Assembly: GCA_943356745.1 (NCBI GenBank)
Contig: CALRFT010000006.1
Coordinates: 1 to 48,041 of the forward strand
Length of the DNA: 48,041 nucleotides
Direction: 5' to 3'
Origin: Parcubacteria group bacterium
GTDB taxonomy: Bacteria > Patescibacteriota > Minisyncoccia > Phycocordibacterales > CSBR16-119
Below, one piece after another: positions 47,392 through 48,041 of the stretch (the first letter of the stretch is position 1; each line of letters starts with the position of its first letter). Under the pieces are notes generated by a model. That model had not been told where the DNA came from. It was given only the letters and a program-made list of their open reading frames with translations, and ran no database searches. The position numbers and the translations under genes were made by a program.

Positions 47392-47826
47392 TTACATGTA
47401 GTTTGCTGGTCTTTCCATGCATTTTTTTGCAAAGTAAGGAAGATGATCAATAGACTGAACTGTTTGTAAAAAAAATTCAATTTGGTTTTGGTTATTTTCT
47501 ACATGTGATTTCCAGGTATTTTCCCAGTGTGTTTCAATGGTTTCTTGAAGGTTACGTAAATCTGGATTCCCGGAACATAACTGTCTCATCTCGAGAAGTC
47601 GAACCAAGTTTGTTTCTTGTGACACAATCTCTTTTGCTCTATCTTTTGCATAATCACGAGCTTGTGAGTTTGTAAAAGATTGATTAATTCTTTCTAGGAC
47701 TTCTTCAAATGTTTGAAGATTAGAAAGAAATGCTACGATTGATTTTTTACCTGATTTTTCAAGAAAAATTTCAACATTTTGTTTGAGGATTTTTTTGCGA
47801 TCGGTTTTTTCTGTTGTTTCTTGCAT
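47392..47826 (-). CDS. Hypothetical protein
   Basis: Fills the intergenic space between two terminators; likely start MQETTEK at 47826. Confidence 0.55.
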   Translation of the reverse strand: MQETTEKTDRKKILKQNVEIFLEKSGKKSIVAFLSNLQTFEEVLERINQSFTNSQARDYAKDRAKEIVSQETNLVRLLEMRQLCSGNPDLRNLQETIETHWENTWKSHVENNQNQIEFFLQTVQSIDHLPYFAKKCMERPANYM

Positions 47827-47875
47827 AAAAGTACTTTTTAGAAGTTTGACTATTTTATAGCATATCTCAACAAAA

Positions 47876-47906
47876 AATAAAACCACCTTATAAAGGTGGT
47901 TTTATT
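47876..47906 (-). terminator. Terminator including the stop codon of the VanY-like gene
   Basis: AATAAAACCACCTT-ata-AAGGTGGTTTTATT. Confidence 0.8.
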
Positions 47907-48041
47907 GTTCTATATTTTCCTCGTCCGAAAGGTATTCGATTGTTGTAATGCCTTTATTTTGTATTGAGAGCGCATGATTTTTTCCAAGGTATCTCCAATG
48001 CCAGCTTTCTGGAATGTACCCAGTTATGGCCTCTTTTCCAG
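47902..48041 (-). CDS. C-terminus of an M15B (VanY-like) D-Ala-D-Ala carboxypeptidase, partial and absent from the ORF track
   Basis: Manual translation GKEAITGYIPESWHWRYLGKNHALSIQNKGITTIEYLSDEENIEQ* matches the VanY GYxxEPWHxRYVG pattern. Confidence 0.85.
   Translation of the reverse strand, partial: GKEAITGYIPESWHWRYLGKNHALSIQNKGITTIEYLSDEENIEQ

Overview
This is an AT-rich chromosomal segment read in genetic code 11, with almost all genes on the + strand. It most likely comes from a Patescibacteria/CPR (Parcubacteria-like) bacterium. That assignment is an inference from the compact comF-pilMNO-pilB-pilT-pilC-pilin-pilD cluster, the NusB-Nudix fusion, the short RF2, the hinge-less SMC and the SD-less/leaderless starts. 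Bases 1-11.6 kb form a surface-protein island. It holds two signal-peptide fibre proteins with peptidase S74 chaperone domains, each followed by a Bacteroidota-style secreted gene (one dockerin-like, one with a T9SS-CTD-like tail); these two genes share a duplicated promoter, leader and start. Bases 11.6-23 kb encode the type IV pilus/competence locus. The rest is mostly housekeeping: ligA, gatCA, four tRNAs, prfB, trhO, a mitochondrial-type single-chain PheRS, a 1854-aa subtilase, gyrB, rpmF, nusB, rnc, smc and a partial VanY-like gene. The most interesting signals are the duplicated fibre-plus-cargo cassette, a tRNA-3'-anchored structured mini-element, repeated loss of Zn-binding cysteines, and minimised or fused core machines. 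No CRISPR array, transposase, integrase or reverse transcriptase was seen. All calls come from reading motifs by eye; no database search was run.
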